DNA from: Escherichia coli 042
Lineage (GTDB): Bacteria; Pseudomonadota; Gammaproteobacteria; Enterobacterales; Enterobacteriaceae
Length of the DNA stretch: 64,000 nucleotides
Assembly (NCBI RefSeq): GCF_000027125.1
Contig: NC_017626.1
Direction: 5' to 3' (one strand)
Positions 1 through 9,919 of this stretch are shown one piece after another (the first letter of the stretch is position 1; every line of letters begins with the position of its first letter). The notes below the pieces were generated by a model. It was not told where the DNA came from, did not search any database, and saw only the letters and a list, made by a program, of their open reading frames with translations. The translations under genes were made by a program, and so were the position numbers.

Positions 1-374
1 TTACCGAAAGCCAGTGCTACCAACTGGAACAAAATCTTCACCAGCAACGCATTGCCATTGAGCGCAAGCAACTGGATGATTTTTTTGAACTTGATGACAA
101 CTTCCATCAACTCCTGACGCAGATTGCCGACTGTCAACTGGCGTGGGATACCATTGAGAACCTGAAAGCGACCGTTGATCGCGTGCGCTATATGAGTTTC
201 GACCACGTTTCTCCACCAGAAATGCTGTTACGCCAGCATCTTGAGATTTTCTCTGCCCTGCAAAAACGTGATGGCGATGCGGTAGAACGTGCAATGACGC
301 AACATTTGCAGGAAATCAGCGAATCCGTGCGCCAGATCCGCCAGGAAAACAGCGACTGGTTTAGCGAAGAGTAA
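1..374 (+). CDS. ydfH: GntR/FadR-family transcriptional regulator, C-terminal part (5' end off-window)
   Basis: Frame open from the window edge (codon phase from pos 3) to TAA 372-374. Translation ..[58 protein letters not shown].. looks like an FCD effector domain. Recalled match and synteny to K-12 ydfH. Confidence 0.85.
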   Translation, partial: TESQCYQLEQNLHQQRIAIERKQLDDFFELDDNFHQLLTQIADCQLAWDTIENLKATVDRVRYMSFDHVSPPEMLLRQHLEIFSALQKRDGDAVERAMTQHLQEISESVRQIRQENSDWFSEE

Positions 375-550
375 TTCATTTCCTCTCATCCCATTCGGGG
401 TGAGAGTCTCTCCCCCCGCCTTATGGCTCATGCATGCATCAAAAAAGATGTGAGCTTGATCAAAAACAAAAAATATTTCACTCGACAGGAGTATTTATAT
501 TGCGCCCGTTACGTGGGCTTCGACTGTAAATCAGAAAGGAGAAAACACCT

Positions 551-754
551 ATGACGACCTACGATCGTAACCGTAACGCAATCACCACTGGCAGCCGTGT
601 TATGGTTAGCGGCACCGGTCACACTGGCAAGATCCTGTCGATTGATACTGAAGGTCTGACCGCTGAGCAAATCCGCCGCGGAAAAACCGTAGTTGTTGAA
701 GGTTGTGAAGAGAAACTGGCACCTCTGGACCTGATTCGTCTCGGCATGAACTAA
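551..754 (+). CDS. ydfZ: small conserved protein YdfZ (67 aa)
   Basis: Complete 67-aa ORF preceded by AAGGAG. Recalled identity to K-12 YdfZ. Followed by a strong terminator. Confidence 0.9.
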
Positions 755-761
755 GCGTGTG

Positions 762-790
762 AATGCCGCCGATGGCGGCATTGCTTTTTT
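762..790. terminator. bidirectional rho-independent terminator between convergent ydfZ and ydfI
   Basis: 9-bp stem AATGCCGCC/GGCGGCATT with a GAT loop, followed by GCTTTTTTT. Lies exactly between the two stop codons. Confidence 0.75.
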
Positions 791-2250
791 TACTTCACGG
801 AATATTTCGCAACGGTCGCTTTCGCACCATGCGCTAATAAAGACAAGTACGCTTCCGTCACTTTTGCAGTAAACAAGCTATTGTCTGGCAAATCATCACC
901 AAAGATCGCCTTAATCGCCAGCAATGACTGGACGCGCGCTTTCCCTTCGGCACTACTTTGTACAGCCTTCTGAATAACAGGTAACAGTGGGTCACTGATT
1001 TCTATCGGATTTCCCTGTTCATCAACACCACCGACATAACGCATCCAACCTGCGACGCCCAGCGCCAGCAGATCGAACTTGCTGTCATGCGCCAGATGCC
1101 AGCGAACAGAATCCAACATCCGCTGTGGCAATTTCTGGCTGCCATCCATCGCAATCTGCCAGGTTCGATGACGTAGCGCCGGGTTGCTATAGCGTTCAAT
1201 TAATCGGTTAGCGTAATCTTGCAAATCAACGCCCTGCACTTTCAACGTCGGCGCTTGTTCCTGCAACATCAAGGCATACGCTGCATGACGATAATGTTCA
1301 TCTTCCATGCAGTCATTAATGTGCTGATATCCGGCAAGATACCCCAGATACGCCAGGAATGAATGACTGCCGTTGAGCATGCGCAACTTCATCTCTTCAT
1401 AAGGCAGCACATCACTAACCAGTTCGGCTCCCGCTTTTTCCCATTCCGGACGTCCGGCAACAAAGTTATCTTCTATTACCCACTGGCGGAAAGGTTCACA
1501 GGCAACGCCAGCAGGATCGCGCACACCGGTAAGTTGTTCGATTTTCGCCAGCGTATCCTCTGTCACTGCGGGCACAATACGGTCCACCATTGTTGATGGG
1601 AAAGTCACGTTTACTTCGATCCATTGTGCCAGTTTTACATCAACAGCTTGCGCGTAGGAAGTGACAACGTCACGCATAACATGACCGTTTTCTGGCATGT
1701 TGTCACATGACATGACGGTAAATGCGGGAAGTCCTGCCGCTTTACGGCGAGCCAGCGCCTCAACAATCACCCCTGTTGCAGTTTTCGGCTGGTGGGGATT
1801 TTGCACGTCGGCAGCGACCATCGGGTGATCGAGCATTAACTGTCCGGTCGCCGGAGAGTGGAAATACCCTTTTTCGGTGATTGTCAGAGAGACAATCGCG
1901 ATTTGCGGTTCACACATCGCAGCCAACACGGTTTCTAAGCCATCTATCTGTACGTGCAAGGCTTTTTTAACGACGCCAACGACGCGAGCCGTCCACACAT
2001 CGGCCGACATTTCCGCAACGGTATAAAGATTATCTTGCTGTTGTAAATCGGCAATTTGCTGTTCGCCGCCGATTAAATTGACCTCATAATATCCCCAATC
2101 ACTGAAATGTTTTGTAGCAAGAATATCGGCATACACGCCCTGATGCGCACGGTGAAATGCGCCAAAGCCTAAATGAACAATTCTTGGGGCCAAGTTATTA
2201 CGATCATAAACAGGGAGCGTCGCTTTTGCTGATAACAAATTATTTCCCAT
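790..2250 (-). CDS. ydfI: mannitol-dehydrogenase-family (long-chain) oxidoreductase
   Basis: 486-aa ORF with N-terminal Rossmann signature [12 protein letters not shown]. Recalled match to K-12 YdfI. Confidence 0.9.
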   Translation of the reverse strand: MGNNLLSAKATLPVYDRNNLAPRIVHLGFGAFHRAHQGVYADILATKHFSDWGYYEVNLIGGEQQIADLQQQDNLYTVAEMSADVWTARVVGVVKKALHVQIDGLETVLAAMCEPQIAIVSLTITEKGYFHSPATGQLMLDHPMVAADVQNPHQPKTATGVIVEALARRKAAGLPAFTVMSCDNMPENGHVMRDVVTSYAQAVDVKLAQWIEVNVTFPSTMVDRIVPAVTEDTLAKIEQLTGVRDPAGVACEPFRQWVIEDNFVAGRPEWEKAGAELVSDVLPYEEMKLRMLNGSHSFLAYLGYLAGYQHINDCMEDEHYRHAAYALMLQEQAPTLKVQGVDLQDYANRLIERYSNPALRHRTWQIAMDGSQKLPQRMLDSVRWHLAHDSKFDLLALGVAGWMRYVGGVDEQGNPIEISDPLLPVIQKAVQSSAEGKARVQSLLAIKAIFGDDLPDNSLFTAKVTEAYLSLLAHGAKATVAKYSVK

Positions 2251-2301
2251 AACAATTCCTTAAATTTAAATATGGCAAGCTGCATGTTTTGTTATATGAA
2301 T

Positions 2302-2331
2302 AAAAAATCCCCTCTCCGGTAAGAGAAGGGA
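2302..2331 (-). terminator. probable rho-independent terminator downstream of ydfJ
   Basis: On the minus strand, an imperfect hairpin ATCCCTTCTC..GAGAGGGGAT is followed by TTTTTT. Located 9 nt after the ydfJ stop. Confidence 0.5.
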
Positions 2332-2339
2332 TGGAGGAT

Positions 2340-3623
2340 TTACAGACTTCTTGAAGGTTGCGCAGCTGTTACAACACGCGGTTGATCTTCCGCGGCATCT
2401 TCCAGTGCACTTAAATCACGGTCTCTCACTTCTGGCATTTTCAGCGCAGAGATTAAACCAATCACTGAATATGCCATGATCATAATGGCGATCGGATACC
2501 AGGATTCCGTCATGGTGCAGAAAATACCCGCCAGGATAGGACCAAAACCGGAAGCGATAAGACCACCAATTTCTTTAGAAATCGCCATCCGGGTAAAGCG
2601 GTTTTTACAGCCGAACATTTCTGCCATGGTAATGTTTTCCAGAGCAAATAATCCCAGCACCGCACAGTTATGAATCACAATCAGTGCAACCATAATGGTG
2701 CTCGGGGCATAGCTTTTATCTACGATGATAGAAAGCATTGGCCACGCCAGCACAATCGCAGAGGTATTCATAATAATATACGGGATCCGGCGACCTATTT
2801 TATCGGATAACCAACCAAGGAACGGAATGGTCATAAAGCCGAGAATCGAACTGATCATCAATGCATCTGTTGGAATTGCTTTGTTAAACAATAACGTCTG
2901 CACTAAATAGCCTGCAAGGAAAGTCTGAATTAAACCGGAGTTACCAGCCTGACCAAAACGCAGCCCTGTTGCCAGCCAGAAGGATTTGCTCTGGAACATG
3001 CTACCAGCAGGTGCAGGTTTTGCTGTCGGTTGGTTGCTGTCGTTAACCTTCTCAAAGACCGGGCTTTCTTTCAGATTCATACGCAACCAGATAGCAAAGA
3101 CCATCACGACAACGCTCGCCAGGAACGGTATACGCCATCCCCACGCAAGCAGTTCCTCTTTACTGAGAATGAAGAACATAAAGGCCCAGATTGCCGTTGC
3201 GCTCAAGGTTCCGCAGTTAGTCCCCATAGCAACAAATGAGGAGATAATTCCGCGCTTACCTTTTGGTGCATATTCCGCCAGCATCGTGCCGGCACCGGAA
3301 ATTTCCGCGCCTGCCCCCAGCCCCTGAATAATACGCAGCGTCACCAGCAAAATTGGCGCAAACACACCAATTTGTGCATAGGTCGGCAGCACACCAATTA
3401 AGGTAGTACAGATCCCCATCATAGTGATGGTAATAAAGAGCACTTTTTTACGCCCGATTCTGTCGCCCATTTTGCCGAAAATAAATGCTCCGACAATACG
3501 CGCCACATAACCTGCACCGTAGGTTCCCATTGCCAGAATTAACGCCATTGCCGTTGATGATTCAGGAAAAAATATTTCATGAAACACTAACGCTGCGCCG
3601 AGCGAATATAACTGGAAATCCAT
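2340..3623 (-). pseudogene. ydfJ: MFS metabolite:H+ symporter-type transporter YdfJ, 5'-truncated by prophage insertion (427-codon remnant starting at an internal Met)
   Basis: 427-aa multi-TM ORF. Its first codons MDF lie inside the att core repeat. The missing N-terminus (MTIEKHERSTKDLVKAAVSGWLGTALEFMDF) is at 51200-51310. Confidence 0.8.
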
Positions 3624-3625
3624 AA
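3615..3625. repeat. attachment-site core, left copy (GAAATCCATAA)
   Basis: Identical 11-mer at 51218-51228. Joining the outer flanks restores the ydfJ reading frame (..LEFMDFQLYSLG..). Confidence 0.7.
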
Positions 3626-4226
3626 TTCACAGGTGTTTTTTCCCATCCTGTGGTTTCCTTGGCGTTTTCTAGGTTTTTTCAGATAGTTGCATTTTTTAAA
3701 AAGCATCCTAAGTTCGATCTCAGTGTCTATCTGGGGCCTATTTCTGTCCCATATATGCCCCAAAAAAACTCCCCAACAGATAAGTAGTTTTTTCATGGAT
3801 TTATGCGTAAAATCAAGAACGGCTGGAAATCATTCAATACTCACACTATCGAAAAATTTACCAGCCAACCGCAGCACGTTCTTGCATAAGGCGTGTCTGC
3901 GTTTTTTCAACTATTCAGATACATCACTCCCATCACAGTCATTCCTCCGCATCAAAGGCATATAGGCTATATCACCTTGATATTTTTCTTTTTCAGATAA
4001 AAACTGTTATCTATGTATACTTTTAAACCCAATCCGTGTAGAGTCTCTGCATAAGATAGTTTGCAGTTGCCGCTTCAGCTTGCGCCATAAACCGCCTGAT
4101 TTTTGCTGCCACCTGCTAGCATTCCTGTATACCTGAAACGACAATGTTTATCTACGAACTTTAAAAACACCCAAGATAAAAATTGTCAACTATATCATAT
4201 ATAACACATTACTAATTCGAGGCTAT

Positions 4227-4340
4227 ATGAACAGCATACTGATAATCACTTCTCTCCTTATCATATTCAGCATTTTTAGTCATGCCCTAATAAAATTAGG
4301 GATTGGCATATCCAATAACCCAGACAAAACCGATGTATAA
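4227..4340 (+). CDS. candidate 37-aa hydrophobic small protein ([37 protein letters not shown])
   Basis: ATG preceded by GAGG. One predicted TM helix plus a polar tail. Below the ORF-track size cutoff. No homolog recognised. Confidence 0.3.
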
Positions 4341-4408
4341 GTCAACATATCCTGAATCAGACATACAATATCGCAATGAAAATCAATAATATTTTAAGGA
4401 ATATCTTC

Positions 4409-4642
4409 ATGAAATCAAAAGACACCCTAAAGTGGTTCCCTGCGCAGCTTCCTGAAGTAAGAATTATCCTAGGGGATGCTGTAGTGGAAGTAGCAAAACA
4501 GGGAAGACCTATTAATACCAGAACATTGCTTGATTACATTGAAGGAAACATAAAGAAAAAATCATGGCTGGATAACAAAGAATTATTACAAACAGCGATA
4601 TCAGTTCTTAAAGACAACCAAAATTTAAATGGTAAAATGTAA
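4409..4642 (+). CDS. ydfK: prophage protein YdfK (77 aa; cold-shock-inducible in K-12)
   Basis: The ORF contains MKSKDTLKWFPAQLPEVRIILGDAVVEVAKQG.., recalled as K-12 YdfK/YnaE. Start chosen at the recalled Met (the track ORF starts 11 codons upstream). Confidence 0.85.
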   Translation: MKSKDTLKWFPAQLPEVRIILGDAVVEVAKQGRPINTRTLLDYIEGNIKKKSWLDNKELLQTAISVLKDNQNLNGKM

Positions 4643-4959
4643 TATAATAAACTTACTTTTTTATCATTTTTCCACTTTAACAACATTTTGCTCCACTTTT
4701 CCACGTCCAAACAACTTGAAATCTGGTTAAAATAACACGCAACACTATTCTTCTTCCTTGAGCCCGCCCGGAACTCGAAAAACAAACCGAGTTAAAGCCA
4801 TTTTTCACAAAATCGATTTTGGGTCTCACCAAAAATTACGGGGTTGCATACGCATTCGTTTATTTTCGAACGTGTACATACAAATATGCACAAAAATAAT
4901 CATAATTATTTTCTGAGATGCATTATGATATGAACACCAATTTCGAATAGAGTCTCACT

Positions 4960-5550
4960 ATGTCTCGAATTTTTGCTTACTGTCGGATATCAACGCTGGA
5001 TCAGACCACCGAAAATCAACGCCGGGAAATCGAAAGTGCAGGTTTTAAAATCAAACCTCAGCAAATAATCGAAGAACACATTAGCGGCTCAGCAGCAACC
5101 AGTGAGCGTCCTGGTTTTAACCGGTTGCTTGCTCGCCTGAAATGTGGTGATCAATTGATTGTGACAAAACTGGATCGCCTTGGTTGTAATGCAATGGATA
5201 TCAGGAAAACAGTGGAACAACTGACCGAAACAGGTATCAGAGTGCATTGCTTAGCATTGGGTGGCATTGACCTGACCAGTCCAACAGGAAAAATGATGAT
5301 GCAAGTAATTTCAGCAGTCGCTGAATTTGAACGAGACCTTTTACTTGAACGCACTCATTCCGGGATAGTAAGAGCCCGCGGCGCAGGGAAACGTTTTGGT
5401 CGACCACCTGTGTTAAATGAAGAACAGAAACAGGTGGTATTCGAACGAATTAAGTCAGGTGTAAGTATAAGTGCCATTGCCCGGGAATTCAAAACCTCGC
5501 GGCAAACCATTTTAAGAGCCAAAGCAAAACTTCAGACACCTGACATATAA
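4960..5550 (+). CDS. pinQ: serine recombinase, Pin/Gin/Hin-type DNA invertase
   Basis: 196 aa. N-terminal catalytic motif YCRISTLDQ and C-terminal HTH ([17 protein letters not shown]). Recalled match to K-12 PinQ. Confidence 0.92.
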
Positions 5551-5647
5551 AAAATAATCTCGGTGTGAGATGCTTTACGTGTTCCAAGCCCCCTTCCTTG
5601 CCGTAAATGGAAAGATACATCTAATTATAGAATTTATATGTTTTACC

Positions 5648-6223
5648 CTACGGCAGTGCTGGCCATTCAATATCCTGTGCAGTTGACGTATCAACACGGT
5701 TCAGCAATACCCGATACTTTTTCCATGCTTCCAGCAACGAGATTTCTTCCTCCGTTGCAATTTCCAGATCTGCAGCATCCTGAAGCGGCGCAATATGCTC
5801 ACTGGCTACCTGCATCAGGTTGTTTTTTGTTTCTTCCGCCTCCCGGATCCGGAACAGTTTTTCTGCTTCCGTATCCTTCACCCAGGCTGTGCCGTTCCAC
5901 TTCTGAAACTCCCCTTCCGGCGATAACCAGGTAACATTTTCCGGTAACGGACCGAGTTCAGAAATAAATAACGCGTCGCCGGAAGCCACGTCATAGACGG
6001 TTTTTCCCCGATGATCTTCAACGAGATGCCACGATGCCTCATCACTGTTGAAAACAGCCACGAAGCCTGCCGGAATATCTGGCGGTGCAATATCGGTACT
6101 GTTTGCTGGCAGACCTGTATGAGGCGGAATATATGCGTCACCTTCACCAATAAATTCATTAGTTCCGGCCAGCAGATTATAAATTTTTATGGTCTGTGGT
6201 TGTTCACTCATTCTGAATGCCAT
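5648..6223 (-). CDS. tfaQ: tail fibre assembly chaperone Tfa
   Basis: 191-aa ORF. Its start overlaps the stf stop (TAATG). Recalled match to TfaQ / lambda Tfa family. Confidence 0.9.
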   Translation of the reverse strand: MAFRMSEQPQTIKIYNLLAGTNEFIGEGDAYIPPHTGLPANSTDIAPPDIPAGFVAVFNSDEASWHLVEDHRGKTVYDVASGDALFISELGPLPENVTWLSPEGEFQKWNGTAWVKDTEAEKLFRIREAEETKNNLMQVASEHIAPLQDAADLEIATEEEISLLEAWKKYRVLLNRVDTSTAQDIEWPALP

Positions 6224-9186
6224 TATGCAAGCCTCACAATATAGTTAAATGCGATGTTTTTGACGGTGTTTTCCGCGTTACCAGCAGCGTTAACGGTGAT
6301 GGTGTGTCCATGTGAACCAATCGCAACGGAGTGCGTATGAGCACCAATACCGACAGTATGTGCATGTGCGCCTGCGCTTGCAGCAGTGCCGGACAGCGAG
6401 TGGGTATGAGCACCATCTGATGATGTCTTCCCTGCATTACGAGTCTGGCCACTACCGCTTGTTGTGCTCATAATCCCCGCGCTTAGATTTGAAATCGCGG
6501 TATAACCATTAGGGAAAATGCTCGTGTTCGTGCCACCAAATGCACCGGAACTCTTGTGTTGGTGCGCACCGGCACTATTTGCAGTCCCGCTAATACTATG
6601 GGTATGCGCCCCGGTGTTATTCGTGGATTTGGTTCCGTAATCAAACGACGATGTGTTTTTCGTCCCCAAATCCGTACTGGATGCGCTGGCGCTGTGGGTG
6701 TGCGATTTAATGCCGTCCTGTTCCTGAGACAATACGGCACGACCACTGGCGGGTTTGCCCTTAATCGTCCAGCCACGCATATCAGGGATCACGCCTGACG
6801 GATAAGCGGCTGCAAGTTTCGGGTATGCAGATTTGTCAAAAGTCTGCCCCTGCATCAGGGCATAGCCAGACGGAACGGTATCTGATGGCCACGGGATTGG
6901 TGCGCCAGGCGGATAAAACTGCTCTGATGGCGTATAGAGTGAATAAACTGTACCGTCCGTTAACCCTTCCGGCTTATTAGCAGAATATGCTGGTGACGTA
7001 TGAATCGTCACGCTGGCATTACTGGTATAATCCCATTGAATATTTACACCAGTCGCATAATTTCCGATTGCAACGTAAATATCGTAAGTATCACCAGATG
7101 TATTGACCCAGGCAAAATTTGTAAACCCTGTCGATGTGCGCTGCCATAAAGCACCAGTAATCCCCTTCGGATTACCATTACCTGCACGCAAAACAAGTTC
7201 AGATATACCTGCCTGTTGAGGTGACCCCACGTTAAATCCCGCGCCACCAATCAACGTAATTGAAACAACAGAACTCGCCTGTGGCATGGTTACCGTTGCT
7301 AATTTGAACCAACCAGCACCACCGCTGAATGACATTGTTGTTGAGTTAAGCGTACCAATATCTTTCGGCGTCAGTGTTATATCCGCTGAAAGCGCCTTAC
7401 CATTCACCTTACGGGCAGAAGGTACCCGACCATTCGCATTATCATTAGCTGCTTTCACTGCTTTCGGTGTCGCGGCAAGCGTTTCAGATGCGCTGTTGGT
7501 TGCACTACTGAGCTGGACAATTCCTTTTTGTGCTGTCGTAGCGTTCTGAGCAGTATATTTCCCGTTAGCAAGGTCATAGGCTGCCTTTACCGACTTTGGC
7601 GTTGCCGCCAGCATTTCAGATGTGCTGTTGGTCGCGTTGCTAAGCTGAACTATCCCTTTCTGTGCTGTCGTTGCATCCTGTGCGGTGTATTTCCCGTTAG
7701 CCAGCTCATACGCGGCCTTAACGGCTTTTGGTGTTGCCGCCAGTGACTCGGAAGTGCTGTTAGTCGCACTGCTGAGCTGTACTATCCCCTTTTTCGTCGT
7801 GCTCGCATCCTCAAGCGCGACGGCGGATGCAATATCCTCTGCCCGTTTTGCCGCTGTCTCGGCGCGCGTTGCCGCGGATTCCGCCGTACTTTTGCTCTGA
7901 GCTGCCGCCGTCGCACTGCCAGCTGCCTCTGTCGCCTTCGTGGATGCCGTCGTGGCGCTGCCCTTTGCTGCTGACGCCTGTCTGGTCGCCTCATCTTTTG
8001 AAGCAGACGCAGATAATGCCGATGACGCCGCCGAACTGGCGGACGATGCGGCAGCCGTTTTTGAGGATTCTGCGCTGGTTTCCGACGCTTTCGCGTTCGT
8101 CTCGGATGTCTTCGCTGCGGAAGCAGACCTCGCTGCTGCGCTGGCCTGTACAGCGGCTTCGCCAGCCTTCGTTGTGGCTGTTGAAGCGGACGATGCAGCA
8201 CTTTCTGCCGATTTTCCGGCGGCGGTGGCACTGGCTGAGGCCTGCCCGGCATTTGTTGACGCGGCGCTGGCAGATGAGGCAGCCGCTGTTTTTGAGTCTG
8301 CTGCTGCGGAGGCACTCTGTGCTGCTGCCGTCTCAGAAGACTTAGCGTTCGTCTCGGACGTTTTTGCCGCCTTCGCGGAATTTCCTGCCGCTGTTGCCGA
8401 GGAGGCTGCACTACTGGCGCTCGAGGCTGCGCTCGTTTCTGATGATTTTGCCGCCTCTTTTGAGGCCGCCGCATCCCGGGCTGAGGTGGCAGCTTCTGAC
8501 GCCTTCGTGGTCGCGGCGGATGCAGAAGTGGCTGCTGATTGTTGTGACGCTGCCGCATTCGTTTCTGACGTTTTCGCGGCACTGGCACTGGTAGCTGCCG
8601 CGCTTTTTGAGGACTCTGCAGCGGCAGCACTTTTTGATGCTTCAGTAGCCTTTGTTGATGCCGTTCCTGCGCTGGAAGACGCTGACTGAGCCGACGTCGC
8701 GGCCTGCCCGGCTGATGTGCTGGCTGCACGTGCTGAGCCTGCAGCATCAGTCGCATGGGTTGCCGCCTCACGGGCTGATGTGCTGGCATCGCTGGCTGAC
8801 TTCTTCGCGGCTGCTGTGTTCTGCGCCACTGCGGACGCGTTACGCGCCACCTCTTCCACCATCAGTTCAAAACGGCGCAGTGCCTCAGGACGGGCATCAT
8901 CCTCCGTCATGGCACCGAGAAAATCATTCAGCGTACCGGGTCGGGAATCTTCATACACGGTGATGGTCCCGGCATGTGACGGCGGGAATCCTTCCACCAA
9001 CAGAATAACGCTGTACTGACCGTACTCAACGTCCATGCTGTAACGCCCGGCCTCATCCGGATTTTCTGAGGCCAGCGTGTTCACCACCACCGTGGTGCTG
9101 TTACGTTTTGCTTTCAGCTGGATTGTGCAGTTCTGTACCGGTTTTCCTGTGCCGTCTTTCAGTACACCTGAAATCTTTACTGCCAT
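6223..9186 (-). CDS. stf: side tail fibre protein Stf (987 aa)
   Basis: N-terminus [26 protein letters not shown].. and C-terminus ..[31 protein letters not shown] match recalled lambda Stf. The central part is Ala/Ser-rich and carries [14 protein letters not shown] fibre repeats. Confidence 0.9.
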   Translation of the reverse strand: MAVKISGVLKDGTGKPVQNCTIQLKAKRNSTTVVVNTLASENPDEAGRYSMDVEYGQYSVILLVEGFPPSHAGTITVYEDSRPGTLNDFLGAMTEDDARPEALRRFELMVEEVARNASAVAQNTAAAKKSASDASTSAREAATHATDAAGSARAASTSAGQAATSAQSASSSAGTASTKATEASKSAAAAESSKSAAATSASAAKTSETNAAASQQSAATSASAATTKASEAATSARDAAASKEAAKSSETSAASSASSAASSATAAGNSAKAAKTSETNAKSSETAAAQSASAAADSKTAAASSASAASTNAGQASASATAAGKSAESAASSASTATTKAGEAAVQASAAARSASAAKTSETNAKASETSAESSKTAAASSASSAASSALSASASKDEATRQASAAKGSATTASTKATEAAGSATAAAQSKSTAESAATRAETAAKRAEDIASAVALEDASTTKKGIVQLSSATNSTSESLAATPKAVKAAYELANGKYTAQDATTAQKGIVQLSNATNSTSEMLAATPKSVKAAYDLANGKYTAQNATTAQKGIVQLSSATNSASETLAATPKAVKAANDNANGRVPSARKVNGKALSADITLTPKDIGTLNSTTMSFSGGAGWFKLATVTMPQASSVVSITLIGGAGFNVGSPQQAGISELVLRAGNGNPKGITGALWQRTSTGFTNFAWVNTSGDTYDIYVAIGNYATGVNIQWDYTSNASVTIHTSPAYSANKPEGLTDGTVYSLYTPSEQFYPPGAPIPWPSDTVPSGYALMQGQTFDKSAYPKLAAAYPSGVIPDMRGWTIKGKPASGRAVLSQEQDGIKSHTHSASASSTDLGTKNTSSFDYGTKSTNNTGAHTHSISGTANSAGAHQHKSSGAFGGTNTSIFPNGYTAISNLSAGIMSTTSGSGQTRNAGKTSSDGAHTHSLSGTAASAGAHAHTVGIGAHTHSVAIGSHGHTITVNAAGNAENTVKNIAFNYIVRLA
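7420..7791 (-). repeat. three tandem 132-bp (44-codon) repeats inside stf
   Basis: The KGIVQL codons recur at 7791, 7659 and 7527, an exact 132-nt period. Unit: [44 protein letters not shown]. Confidence 0.9.
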
Positions 9187-9202
9187 ATTCACCCCACAAA
9201 AA

Positions 9203-9226
9203 AGCCCGCCTGAACAGGCGGGCTGT
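9203..9226 (-). terminator. rho-independent terminator after lom
   Basis: On the minus strand, AGCCCGCCTGTTCAGGCGGGCT is followed by TTTTTTG. Lies between the lom stop and the stf start. Confidence 0.7.
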
Positions 9227-9250
9227 CATAACACTGTGTTACCTGGCTAA

Positions 9251-9850
9251 TCAGAACTTATAACCGACACCCACGATGAAACCGTCAGTGCGCCAGTCGC
9301 CACTGCCGGAGCCTTCATAAGCAATATCAATGGCCACGGATTCGGTCGGGTTAAACTGCACGCCAGCTCCCCACGCCAGAGACGTGTTGCTGTGGCGACC
9401 GTCATCACTTCCGGTCAGCACGTCGTGCGTTTTCCCCTTGTTGTCAGTTACGCGGAGATAATCCCCGGAGAAAGTCGACACACGGCTGTAAGCCACACCC
9501 GCCATCGCATACGCGCTGAACCATTCATTCACGCGCACAGACGGCCCCACCATCACGCTGAACCAGCGGTTACGCACGGAATCTTCATGCCAGCGGGTAT
9601 CGCTGTAACGGGTAAGCTGGCGATTCTTGTCTCCTGCATAGCTGAATGACGTCACCAGCCCCAGTGTGTCCGTAAACTCATAACGGTATTTCACGTTAAT
9701 CCCGTTAAGATCATCGCTGCCGGGAACGTTCGTCGAGGCATGAAGATACCCCGCGCTCAGCGTGGACTGATGTTCAGATGCCCATGCAGGCGCACCGGAT
9801 ACGGCCAGACAAATGGCTGCGGACAAAATGGCGGCATAAAGTTTACGCAT
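9251..9850 (-). CDS. lom: Lom/Ail-family outer-membrane beta-barrel protein
   Basis: 199 aa with a signal peptide. The C-terminal [25 protein letters not shown] is identical to the recalled lambda Lom end. Sits in the lambda position between J and stf. Confidence 0.88.
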
Positions 9851-9919
9851 AATTACCTCTCGCTTTTCTGCAATAAAAAAGGCACCATTTCTGGTGCCCT
9901 TATATGGGTTATAACAATT

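Noticed and set aside
7119-7131. TGTAAACC, matching the conserved half of Gin/Pin crossover sites, inside stf
   Set aside because: Only one half-site matches, and the partner half (GTCGATGTG) does not. An 8-mer is expected about twice by chance in 128 kb of two-strand sequence.
7782-8789. Long alternative-frame and antisense ORFs inside stf (335 aa minus-strand alt frame; 172 aa and 249 aa plus-strand)
   Set aside because: They lie in the GC-rich, codon-periodic Ala/Ser tract of stf. Their translations are low-complexity (Arg/Pro/Gln- or Ala/Asp-rich) with no starts or SD. These are typical shadow ORFs.
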